NCBI GenBank assembly: GCA_963782915.1
Contig: CAWALK010000020.1
Location: forward strand, 192,001-256,000
DNA: 64,000 nt
Direction of reading: 5' to 3'
Source: an uncultured archaeon
Lineage (GTDB): Archaea; Thermoproteota; Bathyarchaeia; Bathyarchaeales; Bathycorpusculaceae
Below are positions 51,187-61,153 of this stretch, in pieces. Below the pieces are notes generated by a model. The model had not been told where the DNA came from. It worked only from the letters and a program-made list of their open reading frames with translations, and did not search any database. Position 1 is the first letter of the stretch; each line of letters begins with the position of its first letter. Position numbers and translations under genes: made by a program.

Positions 51187-52572
51187 ATGAGCGCACAAAA
51201 AAACAAAACAATCATCGCCATAACTCTCGCAATGATAGCCGTTTTTCTTTTGGGCGGAGTAAGCTTTACCTTTTTTCCATCCCAAACAGCCAACCTCTAC
51301 ACTTTCTCCTCAGATGCGCATAATGTCGGACGCTCCAAGCATTCCAACAATCCTAGTCTCAGCACATATCATGTGGAACAGACCCATCCATGCTGACTCC
51401 AAGCTACTATTTCGTAATAACCCGATATTAACCCACTAGATACCATTAGCCATTCGATACCGATGGAAAGCATAAACTCCACAAACACGCCCATTCGTTA
51501 GAAATGGCAATATCTACACACAGACAAGTGACATTTTCAATCAAACAATCCTAATCCAGAAAGATAACATTGTTTTTGACGGTGCAATCACATTTTCAGG
51601 GCAACGTTTACAGCGACTTTCTGCGCTCAAAGACGGATAGAAATCCAGTAAACGTCAACATGGTAACGTAACAATCAAAAACTTCAACATTAGCTAATTC
51701 TTTCAGGGTATAATCGGTGCAAAATTCTGCACAAACCTGACTATTGAAAACAATAACTTAACCATACGGATAGCAATACGGCATACCGTAACTTCTGACG
51801 TCAACAATACTAAGGAAATAATCAGGCAACAGCTTCTCAACAATACTCCAACAGCTAATAACATTCTCAACCACTGGCAATAATGCGTTATGCAGAAACA
51901 ATGTAATTTCCAAAAACAGCATTATCGGAGCTTACAACGGAATATTCGCCAATTCCGTTTATAGCACTTTAGTTTCCGAAAACATGATGATGTCGATGTA
52001 AAAATCCCCATCTATGCATAGGATAAAACGCTCAAATCACAAACAACCAACTCTTCGACGGCGAAAACGCAATCACATCGACTCCTACGAGCACAGTAAC
52101 CGGCAACTATTATCTCAAATTTCAGAAGGCATATTCCTCAGTGGCGTTCAGAGCAGTCTATACCCAAAACACTGTCGCAAACTGTACCTATCCCATTGCC
52201 CTTTCTGGGTCAAACGATCCCTATCCCCTTGATAACAACACACTTCTATCATAACAACTTCATCAACTACACCCAGCCCTTATCGGCTCATCGAAATGCC
52301 TTCACTTTCGCTAATCAAATTGGGATAACGGTATGGAAGGCAACTTTTGGAGCAGCTACAGTGGCACCGACTGCAACGGCGATGGTATAGGCGACACTGG
52401 ATATGTTTTAGCTGGGAACTGTACTGATCGGTATCCGTTGATGCAGCCGTATGTGGCGCAATCACCTGATCTTGAAATGGGTCAATGGTTTTTTGTTGCG
52501 GCGGCGGTTGCTGCAGCTATAGGCGTAGTTGTGGTGGTCTTGGTTTACGCGAGGTTTAGAGGTCACCGTTAA
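51187..52572 (+). pseudogene. NosD-like right-handed beta-helix surface protein, heavily frameshifted (pseudogene or poor-quality sequence)
   Basis: Signal peptide; FYHNNFIN, GNFWSSYSGTDCNGDGIGDTGY...DRYPLM; C-terminal TM. Confidence 0.7.
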
Positions 52573-53064
52573 CCAAGTCCGCTCTTTTTCTCCATGGCTT
52601 TGGGATGTCTCGGGTTTTTTATGCGAATTAGACTACCCTAAACAGCACAAAACATGCGCTTCCCGAAAGCCATCGCAGATTGGGCTGAACTCACTTCAAA
52701 AGGGCTGGCTTTTGCTATCTCTTCGGGCCATGTTTCACGACTAAAAGTGACTGTTTTTTCTCTTTCTTTTGAAGTTCTTTTTCGTGCAGTTGCTGTTTAT
52801 GATGTTCCAGTCCTTCGATTTTTTCTTTCTTGCTTTTAGGCATACATAAAACACCAAAATTGTATGCACTCACTAGAGATGTGGACGGTTAAAAATCATT
52901 GCTTGAGTGCAAAGTTGGTGGGTAGCCGTTGCAATTAGGGGTCAGCATAGGTTCAGCATTTAAATAGGGGTCTATCGGGGCAGACCAGCGGAAGTTGCCT
53001 ATTTATTCTTTATATAAGGGAGGGGGTAGGTGCCTCTGAGGTAGGTAGTAGGTTCTAACAATGC

Positions 53065-53186
53065 TTCTGCTTGTAAAATACTCCACAACCAGCCTGCAAC
53101 CCAAACCAGACGCAGACACAAAAAAGCAACCGCCTACCCAATCGGCTGGTTGTTGTTGAAATAAGAGGGGCACACAGCAACAACCA
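53065..53186 (+). repeat. About 120-bp structured intergenic repeat, copy 2
   Basis: Homologous to 35127..35245; helices CAACCAGCC/GGCTGGTTG and GGTTGTTGTTG/CAGCAACAACC. Confidence 0.8.
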
Positions 53187-53555
53187 ATAAAAAAAATGTG
53201 CCTATCAAAAAGATTAACTCGCGCGCTGTATCCCTGCAAAAAATCTTAACAAGCGGGCAACCCAAAAAACCAAAAACAAACACCCTGAAACCCCAAGCGG
53301 TTGTTGTGTAGATGCACTTTTCACCAACAACTACTACCTAAAAACACCAAAAAACCTGCTTAACAAGGCATTCTTGGATAAACTATAAAAGGCTAAACGC
53401 AATCCACAAACAGTACACCTCACTGCAACGAAATGCATCCCTCTGGTAGGGACGTTAACTAGTCACTTTCGATAAAATGACTAAAATCTTAGTTGTGATA
53501 CGGAAAGCAATATAAATCGCTTTTACGTGTTTGAATGCGCATCGGAGAAATAATA

Positions 53556-54041
53556 ATGCCAAAATGGGGATACTCAATAATCCAAGAAATGCTAAATCCA
53601 GAAAAAACAGCGAAAGCCAGCGGTAGAGAACTCAAGGTATCCCACAAAGCCGCTAGGGAAGTCGCTAAAGCCCTAAAGGGTATGGATCTAGTACAAGCAA
53701 AAGATTTCCTCAGAGATGTTATGGTCAAAGCCAAACCAGTCCCATACACCCGATATACCAAGAAACTGGGGCACAAAGGCGGCATGCAAAACTGTGGAGT
53801 TGGCAGATACCCAATCAAATGCGCCGAATCAATCCTTGGCGTTTTGAAAGCAGCTCAAGCCAACGCAGAAAACAAAGGCTTAGACGTTGACCGCTTGAGA
53901 ATCATGCACTGTGCAGCCTATCCAGGCGTAAAACTAAAGCGTTACATGCCAAGAGCACACGGCAGAGCATCACCAAAATACGAAATTACCACTCACGTTG
54001 AAATCGTGCTCGAAGAAAAATCCACCTCAGGAGAGCAATAA
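53556..54041 (+). CDS. rpl22: 50S ribosomal protein uL22
   Basis: VSHKAAREVA, GRYPIK, PRAHGRASP; GGAG SD; TATAAAT at 53511. Confidence 0.96.
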   Translation: MPKWGYSIIQEMLNPEKTAKASGRELKVSHKAAREVAKALKGMDLVQAKDFLRDVMVKAKPVPYTRYTKKLGHKGGMQNCGVGRYPIKCAESILGVLKAAQANAENKGLDVDRLRIMHCAAYPGVKLKRYMPRAHGRASPKYEITTHVEIVLEEKSTSGEQ

Positions 54042-54803
54042 ATGAGCATAGTCAAACGTTTCATAACCGAATCAATGAAAAGAACAGAAATCGATGAATT
54101 CTTACAGAAAAAACTCGAAAGAGCAGGATACGGCGGAGTAAACCTATCCAAAACACCCTTGGGCACCCACGTAGTCATCTACGCAATGCGTCCAGGTCTA
54201 GTCATCGGTAGAGGCGGAGAAACCATCAAAGAACTCGCCGCTTCACTTGAACAAAACTTCAAAGTTTCCAATCCACAAATCAGCGTCTCAGAAATCGAAG
54301 TGCCAGAATTCAACGCACACGTCATCGCCAACCGAGTCACATCAGCACTCGAACGAGGAGTACACTTCAGACGCGCAGGTTTCTGGGCACTTAACCAAGT
54401 CATGGAAGCAGGCGCACTCGGATGCGAAATCGTCATCAGCGGCAAACTAACCACTGAACGAGCACGCTTCGAAAAATTCCGCGCAGGCCACTACCCAATC
54501 GTCGGCGAACCAGCACTCGTCGCCATGAAAACAGCCGAAGCAGCTGTCCAACTAAAACCAGGCATGATCGGCGTAAGAGTCAAAATCATGCCCCCAGACG
54601 CATACTTCCCAGACAAAGTCACAATTATCGAACCAAAGAAAGAAGAAGAACCAGCAGCCGTCGCACAAGCACCAACACCAGCGCCCGCACCAGCACCTAC
54701 ACCAGCAGCAGAACCAGCCCCAGCAGTCCAAGCCAAAGAAGTAGTTGACGAACCAAAAGAAGCAGCACCAACAGAAGCAAAACCCACAGAGGAGAAACAG
54801 TAA
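54042..54803 (+). CDS. rps3: 30S ribosomal protein uS3 with Pro/Ala/Glu-rich tail
   Basis: PGLVIGRGG, LERGVHFRRA, GVRVKIMPP. Confidence 0.97.
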   Translation: MSIVKRFITESMKRTEIDEFLQKKLERAGYGGVNLSKTPLGTHVVIYAMRPGLVIGRGGETIKELAASLEQNFKVSNPQISVSEIEVPEFNAHVIANRVTSALERGVHFRRAGFWALNQVMEAGALGCEIVISGKLTTERARFEKFRAGHYPIVGEPALVAMKTAEAAVQLKPGMIGVRVKIMPPDAYFPDKVTIIEPKKEEEPAAVAQAPTPAPAPAPTPAAEPAPAVQAKEVVDEPKEAAPTEAKPTEEKQ

Positions 54804-55100
54804 ATGGCACCAATAATGCGCATGAAAGAAATAGATGCAATGAGCCCTGAAGCTCGAGAACAAAGATTAATTGATTTACGCGTAGAACTAGCACGCATAC
54901 GCACCATGGTTAAAGCAGGCGGCGCAGTTGAAAACCCAACTCGCATACGCCAACTACGCAAAACCATCGCAAGAATCCTAACAATACAAAACGAACAAGA
55001 ACTCGGGCTACGCAAAGCACCTGAACCAGAAAAGAAAGAAGAAAAACCAGCAAAAAAAGCAAAGCCCAAAAAAGAACCTGAGGAGAAAACATCCGAATGA
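54804..55100 (+). CDS. rpl29: 50S ribosomal protein uL29 with Lys/Glu tail
   Basis: NPTRIRQLRKTIARILT. Confidence 0.95.
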   Translation: MAPIMRMKEIDAMSPEAREQRLIDLRVELARIRTMVKAGGAVENPTRIRQLRKTIARILTIQNEQELGLRKAPEPEKKEEKPAKKAKPKKEPEEKTSE

Positions 55101-55378
55101 AAGTAACTCCTGACATCATCCGTTACGAATTCATCGGAGCAAAAGGCCTAGTAGCAGCCAGCCCAAACATGAACCTGATGGGCGTAGGCGGCTTAGTAGT
55201 AGGCGAAACACGAAACACCTTCATGTTCCAAAATCAAGGTTTAACCCGCAGCGTAATCAAAGAAGCTGCAACATTCGATTTCACTTTCAACGACGGAACC
55301 GCCGTTGAAATTGACGGTAAACTTTTAGTCGGCCGCTCAGAAGACCGATTAAAGAAAAGCATAAAGAGGTTATGGTAA
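55097..55378 (+). CDS. rnp1: Ribonuclease P protein component 1 (Rpp29)
   Basis: EFIG, VVGETRNT, IDGKLLVGRSEDRLKK; operon position. Confidence 0.92.
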   Translation: MKVTPDIIRYEFIGAKGLVAASPNMNLMGVGGLVVGETRNTFMFQNQGLTRSVIKEAATFDFTFNDGTAVEIDGKLLVGRSEDRLKKSIKRLW

Positions 55379-55379
55379 T

Positions 55380-55736
55380 ATGTCGATGACTTTCAAGCAA
55401 CCAAAAAAGACCTGTGACGACCCTAACTGCCCATTCCATGGCACACTCTCCGTTCGCGGACGTGTACTGGAAGGCATGGTTCACACAGCAAAGATGGACA
55501 AAACCGTTATCGTTGACAGAGAATTCACACAATTCTCATCAAAATTCGTACGTTACGAACGCAGACACGGCCACATCCCATCACACAATCCACCATGCAT
55601 TGACGTTAAAGAAGGCGACCGCGTAAAAATCGCAGAGTGCAGACCACTCAGCAAAACGGTCTCCTTCGTAGTAGTAGAAAAATTAGGAGAGGAGAAGATA
55701 ATATGTGCGCGGCTAAAGCGAAACAGAGAGCCCTAA
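55380..55736 (+). CDS. rps17: 30S ribosomal protein uS17
   Basis: CDDPNCPFHG, ECRPLSKT. Confidence 0.96.
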   Translation: MSMTFKQPKKTCDDPNCPFHGTLSVRGRVLEGMVHTAKMDKTVIVDREFTQFSSKFVRYERRHGHIPSHNPPCIDVKEGDRVKIAECRPLSKTVSFVVVEKLGEEKIICARLKRNREP

Positions 55737-56146
55737 CATCAAAAGGCATGGCCTCACACGGACAAAAAATCAGCCGTGGCCTACTAGCAGGTTCAGAAAT
55801 GAAATGCACCGACAACACCGGCGCACGAGTTCTACGCTTAATCCAAGCTATGGGCTATAAAGGCAGACTAAGACGTTACCCATCAGCCACAGTAGGCGAC
55901 AAAGTAACAGTTTCAGTACGCCAAGGCTCACCAGACATGCGCAAAAAAATCTTCCAAGCAGTCATCGTCCGCCAAAGAAAAACATTCAGAAGAATCGACG
56001 GCGTCTGGGTACAATTCGAAGATAACGCAGCAGTAATCATCACCCCCGAAGGCGAAATGAAAGGCTCAGAAATCAGAGGCCCAGTCGCAAGAGAGGCAGC
56101 AGAGCGATGGCCAAGAATCGCAAGCGCCTCAAGCATAATCGTATAG
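55703..56146 (+). CDS. rpl14: 50S ribosomal protein uL14
   Basis: DNTGAR, FEDNAAVI, GPVAREAAERWP. Confidence 0.96.
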   Translation: MCAAKAKQRALTSKGMASHGQKISRGLLAGSEMKCTDNTGARVLRLIQAMGYKGRLRRYPSATVGDKVTVSVRQGSPDMRKKIFQAVIVRQRKTFRRIDGVWVQFEDNAAVIITPEGEMKGSEIRGPVAREAAERWPRIASASSIIV

Positions 56147-56156
56147 GTGTAAAATA

Positions 56157-56744
56157 ATGCAACAAACTAACAGAGTAAAGAATCCTGGTAAACAAAGAAA
56201 GATGCTCTTCAACGCACCAGCTCACCTCCGCCACAAACAAATGGGCGCACCACTATCCAGTGAGCTAACCGCATCAAACGGCGCAAAAACCCTGCCAGTA
56301 CGCAGAGGCGATACCGTTCGCATATTACGCGGCGACAACAAGGGCTTTGAAGGCAAAGTTTCACGTGTCGACATGAAAGCCTACCGCATCTACATGGAAG
56401 GTTTAACACGCGAAAAAGTCGACGGCACAAACATCTTCATCGCAGTACACCCATCCAAGGTACAAATTCGCAAACTCAACCTTGACGACAAATACCGCAA
56501 AGAAACAATCCTTGGACGCAAAGTAGTATCTGAGAAAAAAGAAACAACCAAGGCAAAGCCAGCCAAAGCCACAAAGGCTCCAGCTAAGGCAGCAAAAGAA
56601 GAGAAACCAGTCGAAGAAGCGGCACCTGCAGAAAAAGCAGCAGAAAAGAAACCAGCCGCTAAAAAAGCAGCAAAAGAACCAGAGGAAAAAGCAACCGCAC
56701 CTAAAGCGAGCGCTAAAAAAGCCTCTGAAAACGGAGGAGAATAA
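56157..56744 (+). CDS. rpl24: 50S ribosomal protein uL24 with Lys/Ala/Glu tail
   Basis: PVRRGDTVRILRGD, HPSKV. Confidence 0.96.
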   Translation: MQQTNRVKNPGKQRKMLFNAPAHLRHKQMGAPLSSELTASNGAKTLPVRRGDTVRILRGDNKGFEGKVSRVDMKAYRIYMEGLTREKVDGTNIFIAVHPSKVQIRKLNLDDKYRKETILGRKVVSEKKETTKAKPAKATKAPAKAAKEEKPVEEAAPAEKAAEKKPAAKKAAKEPEEKATAPKASAKKASENGGE

Positions 56745-56746
56745 GT

Positions 56747-57511
56747 TTGGGTAAAAAAGGAAAAACCGCAAGGCTGAAACGTAAGCCAGCACCAGCATTC
56801 TGGCCAATTCACAGAAAAGAACTACCGTGGGTAGTGAAGCCTTCATCAGGTTCACATTCACTCGAAAAATGCGTACCTCTAACACTAGTTCTACGCGACA
56901 TGTTAGGTGTTGCACAGACAAGAAAAGAAGGCAAACTAATCATTGCACAGGGCAAAGTCCTAGTAGATGGCAAAATTAGAAAACGCGATGAATCACCAGT
57001 CGGCTTAATGGACGTAATCTCCCTGCCTGACATGAACAAATACTACCGCGTCATGCCATCACACAAAGGCTTAGTTCTGGCTCCAATCAGCAAAGAAGAA
57101 TCAACCGTTAAACTGGTTAGAGTTGAAGACAAAACCACAGTAAGCGAAGGCGTCCAAGTTGCACTACACGACGGATCAGTCATGCTCGTCAAAGTAGCAG
57201 ATCCAAAGAATCCAGTAGAAGTAAAATACGAAACCTTCGACGTCCTCAAAGTAACCTATCCAGAAAAAACAGTAACTGAAACACTCAAAACCAAAGAAGG
57301 AAACTTGGCAATAATCACAGGCGGAAAGAACATCGGCAAAACAGGCAAAATCGTTGACATCGAAAAAACAGAAGCAAAGAAACGCCGCCAAGCACTAGTC
57401 CTCATCGAAGATGCAAAAGGCCAACGTTACCAAACAATCTTAGACTTCGTCTTCTCCATAGGCGAAGCTTCCCCAATGATAAACACCCTGGAGGCATTCG
57501 CAAGTGTCTGA
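56747..57511 (+). CDS. rps4e: 30S ribosomal protein eS4
   Basis: LKRKPAPAFWPIHRK, PVGLMDVI, ITGGKNIG. Confidence 0.96.
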   Translation: MGKKGKTARLKRKPAPAFWPIHRKELPWVVKPSSGSHSLEKCVPLTLVLRDMLGVAQTRKEGKLIIAQGKVLVDGKIRKRDESPVGLMDVISLPDMNKYYRVMPSHKGLVLAPISKEESTVKLVRVEDKTTVSEGVQVALHDGSVMLVKVADPKNPVEVKYETFDVLKVTYPEKTVTETLKTKEGNLAIITGGKNIGKTGKIVDIEKTEAKKRRQALVLIEDAKGQRYQTILDFVFSIGEASPMINTLEAFASV

Positions 57512-58043
57512 AGAAACCATGATTAAGAACTGGGAAGAGCATCCAATGCTCAAACCCAAAATCGAGAAAGTAGTCGTAAACCTCAACGTAGGCAAATCAG
57601 GCGAACCACTCGAAAAAGCAAACAAAGTACTCAAAGAAATCACCGGACGTAACCCAGTTAAAAGAAAAGCCAAAGAAACAATCCGTGACTTTGGCATACG
57701 TGAAGGTGAATCCATCGCAGTCGTAGTTACCATGCGCAAACAAGAAGCAGTCGACTTCCTAAAGAAAGTCTTCCCAGTCGTCGATAACAAACTCGCAGCA
57801 CGAGCATTCGATGTACGCGGAAACTTTAGCTTTGGACTCAAAGAACACATCGAAATTCCAGGCGTCAAATACGACCCTGAAATCGGCATATTCGGCATGG
57901 ACATCTGCGTAACCGTCAACAGACCTGGTCAACGCATAAAAATCCGCAAACGCCAAAAGAAAGCAATCGGTCCAAAGCATGTGCTAACACCGGAAGAATC
58001 AATCCTCTTCATCAAACAAACACTAGGAGTCGAAATCGTCTAA
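57504..58043 (+). CDS. rpl5: 50S ribosomal protein uL5
   Basis: [27 protein letters not shown]. Confidence 0.97.
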   Translation: MSEETMIKNWEEHPMLKPKIEKVVVNLNVGKSGEPLEKANKVLKEITGRNPVKRKAKETIRDFGIREGESIAVVVTMRKQEAVDFLKKVFPVVDNKLAARAFDVRGNFSFGLKEHIEIPGVKYDPEIGIFGMDICVTVNRPGQRIKIRKRQKKAIGPKHVLTPEESILFIKQTLGVEIV

Positions 58044-58059
58044 AACAGAGTGTGAATGT

Positions 58060-58224
58060 ATGGGAAAACAGCAAGTCAAGAAAGAACGAAAATACGGCAA
58101 AGGCTCACGTCCATGCGTAAGATGTGGTTCGTACGGTCCAGTTATCCGACGTTACAATTTATATCTATGCAGGACATGTTTTAGAGAGGCTGCCCCAAAA
58201 TTAGGTTTCAAGAAATATGAGTAG
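58060..58224 (+). CDS. rps14: 30S ribosomal protein uS14 (Zn type; absent from the ORF track)
   Basis: Manual translation [54 protein letters not shown]. Confidence 0.96.
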   Translation: MGKQQVKKERKYGKGSRPCVRCGSYGPVIRRYNLYLCRTCFREAAPKLGFKKYE

Positions 58225-58241
58225 GAGCTAAAAGAACAAAA

Positions 58242-58625
58242 ATGGACACTTTAACAAACGGTCTCGTGACAATAATAAATAACGAAACACGCAATAAACG
58301 CGAATGCATCATCAGCCCAGCCTCCAAACTATTGGGGCGCGTCCTACGCATTATGCAACTTAACGGTTACATAGGCGAATTCGAATTCATCGACGATGGA
58401 CGTCAAGGCAAATTCAAAGTACAGCTACTCGGCAGAATCAACAAGTGCGGTCCAGTTAAACCACGATTCGCAGTAAAATCAACAGAGTTTGAAGATTGGG
58501 AAAAGAAATTCCTACCATCCCGAGACGTAGGCATAATGGTTGTTTCAACTTCTCAAGGCGTAATTGCCCACCGCGACGCTGAAGGAAAGAATATTGGAGG
58601 AAGGCTTCTAGCCTTCGTGTATTAG
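58242..58625 (+). CDS. rps8: 30S ribosomal protein uS8
   Basis: GYIGEFEFIDDGR, VSTSQG, GGRLLAFVY. Confidence 0.97.
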   Translation: MDTLTNGLVTIINNETRNKRECIISPASKLLGRVLRIMQLNGYIGEFEFIDDGRQGKFKVQLLGRINKCGPVKPRFAVKSTEFEDWEKKFLPSRDVGIMVVSTSQGVIAHRDAEGKNIGGRLLAFVY

Positions 58626-58637
58626 GAGTCTAAGTGT

Positions 58638-59183
58638 ATGCGGCTTCCAGAAGTATCAAGAACAATCCAAGTTCCAGACGACGTAACATTAAATGTAGTT
58701 GGTAAAATAGTTACTGTTAAAGGTGCAAAAGGCAACCTAACACGCGACTTCTCCTTTGCAACAGTTGCAATAGAAGGCCAAGGCAAAATCGTTCGCATAT
58801 CCGCGAAGTGGCCACGCAAAAAAGAAGCAGCTCTAGTAGGAACCCTCACCTCACACATCAACAACATGATCAAAGGCGTTACCCAAGGCTACACCTACAA
58901 GATGAAAATCGTCTTCTCTCACTTCCCCATAACAGTCAAAGTACAAGGCAAAACCGTCCAAATCGAAAACTTCACAGGCGAACGTAGACCTCGTGCAGTA
59001 AAAATCTTAGGCGACGTCAAAGTCAAGATTGACCCTGAAGACATCATCATTTCAGGCGCAAACCTTGAACAAGTCAGCCAAACAGCAGCTAACATCGAAC
59101 AATCCACCAAGGTGCGTAATAAAGACCCAAGAGTCTTCCTAGACGGCATTTACACCTATGAAAGAAATGAAGGTATGGCATAA
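58638..59183 (+). CDS. rpl6: 50S ribosomal protein uL6
   Basis: HINNMIKGV, SHFP, DPRVFLDGIY. Confidence 0.97.
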   Translation: MRLPEVSRTIQVPDDVTLNVVGKIVTVKGAKGNLTRDFSFATVAIEGQGKIVRISAKWPRKKEAALVGTLTSHINNMIKGVTQGYTYKMKIVFSHFPITVKVQGKTVQIENFTGERRPRAVKILGDVKVKIDPEDIIISGANLEQVSQTAANIEQSTKVRNKDPRVFLDGIYTYERNEGMA

Positions 59184-59776
59184 TGACAGAAAAGAAAGCT
59201 TCCCCATCACGAAAAGCACTTCAAGTTAGGGCACGCGCCAGAAACAAAAAGCCAAAGTTCGTACGTGCAGAAAGCTGGAAGTACGACCGCTTTAGCTTAA
59301 GTTGGCGTAGACCACGCGGATTAGACAACAAAATCCGCAGAAAAATCCTAGGCTGGCCTCCAGGACCAAGCATGGGTTACAAAGGACCAAAGGTTGCCCG
59401 ATTCCTACATCCATCCGGCTATAAAGAAGTCATAGTCTTCAACGTAGCAGACTTAGCAAACGTTGACGTTAACACACAAGCCGTCCGCATTGCTCATAGA
59501 GTCGGCTTACGAAAACGCGCAGACATCATCGCCAAAGCAAAAGAAATGAACCTTAAAATCTTAAACGTCAAAGTATCAGCACAAACCGAAGCAGCCGAAG
59601 AGGAAACTGAAGAAGAAGCGGAAGGCGAAGAAACAGAAACCGAGACCAAAGCGGTCAAGGAAGAGAAAAAGCCCAAACAAGAGAAAAAGGCAAAAGCAAA
59701 GTCTGCACCAAAAAAGAAAGAGGCAACTAAAAAGAAAGAAACTAAACCAAAGAAGAAGGAGACTAAGAAGCAATGA
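59183..59776 (+). CDS. rpl32e: 50S ribosomal protein eL32 with acidic-then-basic tail
   Basis: WRRPRGLDNKIR, HPSG. Confidence 0.96.
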   Translation: MTEKKASPSRKALQVRARARNKKPKFVRAESWKYDRFSLSWRRPRGLDNKIRRKILGWPPGPSMGYKGPKVARFLHPSGYKEVIVFNVADLANVDVNTQAVRIAHRVGLRKRADIIAKAKEMNLKILNVKVSAQTEAAEEETEEEAEGEETETETKAVKEEKKPKQEKKAKAKSAPKKKEATKKKETKPKKKETKKQ

Positions 59777-60228
59777 CCAATCTAACAGGACAAAGACGTT
59801 TAGCTGCACAAATCCTCAAAATTGGGCAGAACCGCGTTTGGATAGACCCAGCACGCATGGATGATGTCGATGGCGCAATCACACGTGAAGAAGTAAGAAA
59901 ACTCATTCACGAAAAAATCATCGTTTCATTGCCAGAGAAAGGCGTAAGCCGCTCTCGCGCAAAAACAATCCGAAGCAAAAAACACTTAGGCCGACGTAGC
60001 GGTCCAGGTAGCATAACTGGTGCAGGCCACGCAAAGGTAACTAAGAAAGACGCTTGGATGATTAGAATTCGCTCTCTGCGACGCAAACTCCGCGAGCTCA
60101 AAGCAAGCCGAGTTATCACAGAAGCCACCTATACACAATACTATAGAATGGCAGGCAGTGGCAGGTTCCAATCCATCGCCGATATGGAGCGCAACTTAAA
60201 AGCAAATGATCAGTGGAGGAAACGTTAA
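59773..60228 (+). CDS. rpl19e: 50S ribosomal protein eL19
   Basis: QRRLAAQIL..RVWIDP, GRRSGPGS, WMIRIR. Confidence 0.96.
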   Translation: MTNLTGQRRLAAQILKIGQNRVWIDPARMDDVDGAITREEVRKLIHEKIIVSLPEKGVSRSRAKTIRSKKHLGRRSGPGSITGAGHAKVTKKDAWMIRIRSLRRKLRELKASRVITEATYTQYYRMAGSGRFQSIADMERNLKANDQWRKR

Positions 60229-60229
60229 G

Positions 60230-61153
60230 ATGGCAAAAAGTGCACATTACAGAGTACATGTAAGACGCAGACGTGAAGGAAAAACCGATTACCAAGCTCG
60301 AACAGCAATGGTTACTTCCGGTAGACCCCGACTTGTTGCGCGTCCATCAATCAAGAACACTACAGCACAAATCATCATTGCTAAACCAATAGGTGACATG
60401 GTGCTTGCAGCAGCTAGCAGCCGTGAACTTGTCAAAAAGTACGGTTGGAAAGCAGCAACAGGCAACATACCCGCAGCTTACCTAACTGGTTTACTCTGTG
60501 GATTAAAAGCTAAAGCAGCAGGCATAGACGCAGCAATCCTTGACATAGGCATGATTATTCCAACAAAAGGCGCAAGAGTCTTCGCAATCCTAAACGGTGT
60601 ACTAGATGCAGGCGTTGAAGTTCCACACGGCGAAGAAAAAATAGTGGCTGACCGTAACAAAGGACAGCACATCGCAAGCTACGCTGAAGAATTAGGCGTA
60701 GACTCTGACGAGTACAAAGCCAAATTCTCAAAGTTCCTTGCAGCAGACGTTGCCCCTGAAAAGCTTCCCGAACACTACAGCACAGTAAAAGCTGCAATTG
60801 TCGGGTCATTCAAGGGTGCACAAGTTGCTCCTGAACCTGAAGCTAAGCCGAAAGCTAAAGCTCCAGCTAAAGAGAAGGCAGCTCCTGCAAAGGAGAAAGC
60901 AGCCGCTCCGGTGAAGGAAAAAGCGCCAGCAGCCAAAGAAGAAGCTCCTAAAGCCAAAGCTGTCGAAGCTAAAGCTGCACCAGCTAAAGAGGCTCCAGTA
61001 GAGAAAGCCCCTAAAGCTGAGAAAGCAGAAAAAGCTCCAGCTAAAGAAGGCAAAGCAAAAGAGAAAGCTGCTCCCGCCAAAGAAAAGGCAGTTCCCGCTA
61101 AAGAAAAAGCACCAGCCAAAAAGGCAACCAAGAAGGGTGAAAAGAAAGAATGA
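60230..61153 (+). CDS. rpl18: 50S ribosomal protein uL18 with about 110-aa PAKEKA-repeat tail
   Basis: RRRREGKTDY, NIPAAYLTG, ILDIG. Confidence 0.96.
   Translation: MAKSAHYRVHVRRRREGKTDYQARTAMVTSGRPRLVARPSIKNTTAQIIIAKPIGDMVLAAASSRELVKKYGWKAATGNIPAAYLTGLLCGLKAKAAGIDAAILDIGMIIPTKGARVFAILNGVLDAGVEVPHGEEKIVADRNKGQHIASYAEELGVDSDEYKAKFSKFLAADVAPEKLPEHYSTVKAAIVGSFKGAQVAPEPEAKPKAKAPAKEKAAPAKEKAAAPVKEKAPAAKEEAPKAKAVEAKAAPAKEAPVEKAPKAEKAEKAPAKEGKAKEKAAPAKEKAVPAKEKAPAKKATKKGEKKE

Noticed and set aside
338-52572. Frameshifts in aroE, aroD, aroB', aroA', lysC, ilvD, the CoA ligase, hypD, hypE and others as programmed frameshifting or mass pseudogenisation
   Set aside because: They are scattered single-base indels clustered in patches, with no shared slippery motif and with intact catalytic motifs on both sides. 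Assembly error is the simplest explanation; read polishing would settle it.
52569-52843. Possible small minus-strand gene beginning MPKSKKEK
   Set aside because: It lies beside the most indel-rich stretch and no coherent frame or family could be reconstructed.
55700-55736. uS17 C-terminal extension overlapping rpl14
   Set aside because: The overlap is short and could come from one indel near the stop; not counted among the real tails.
60830-61140. Tandem nucleotide repeats (gctccagctaaaga-like) as a CRISPR array or VNTR
   Set aside because: They are degenerate codons of the uL18 PAKEKA tail, with no constant repeat and unique spacers. No cas genes or CRISPR array were seen in the window.
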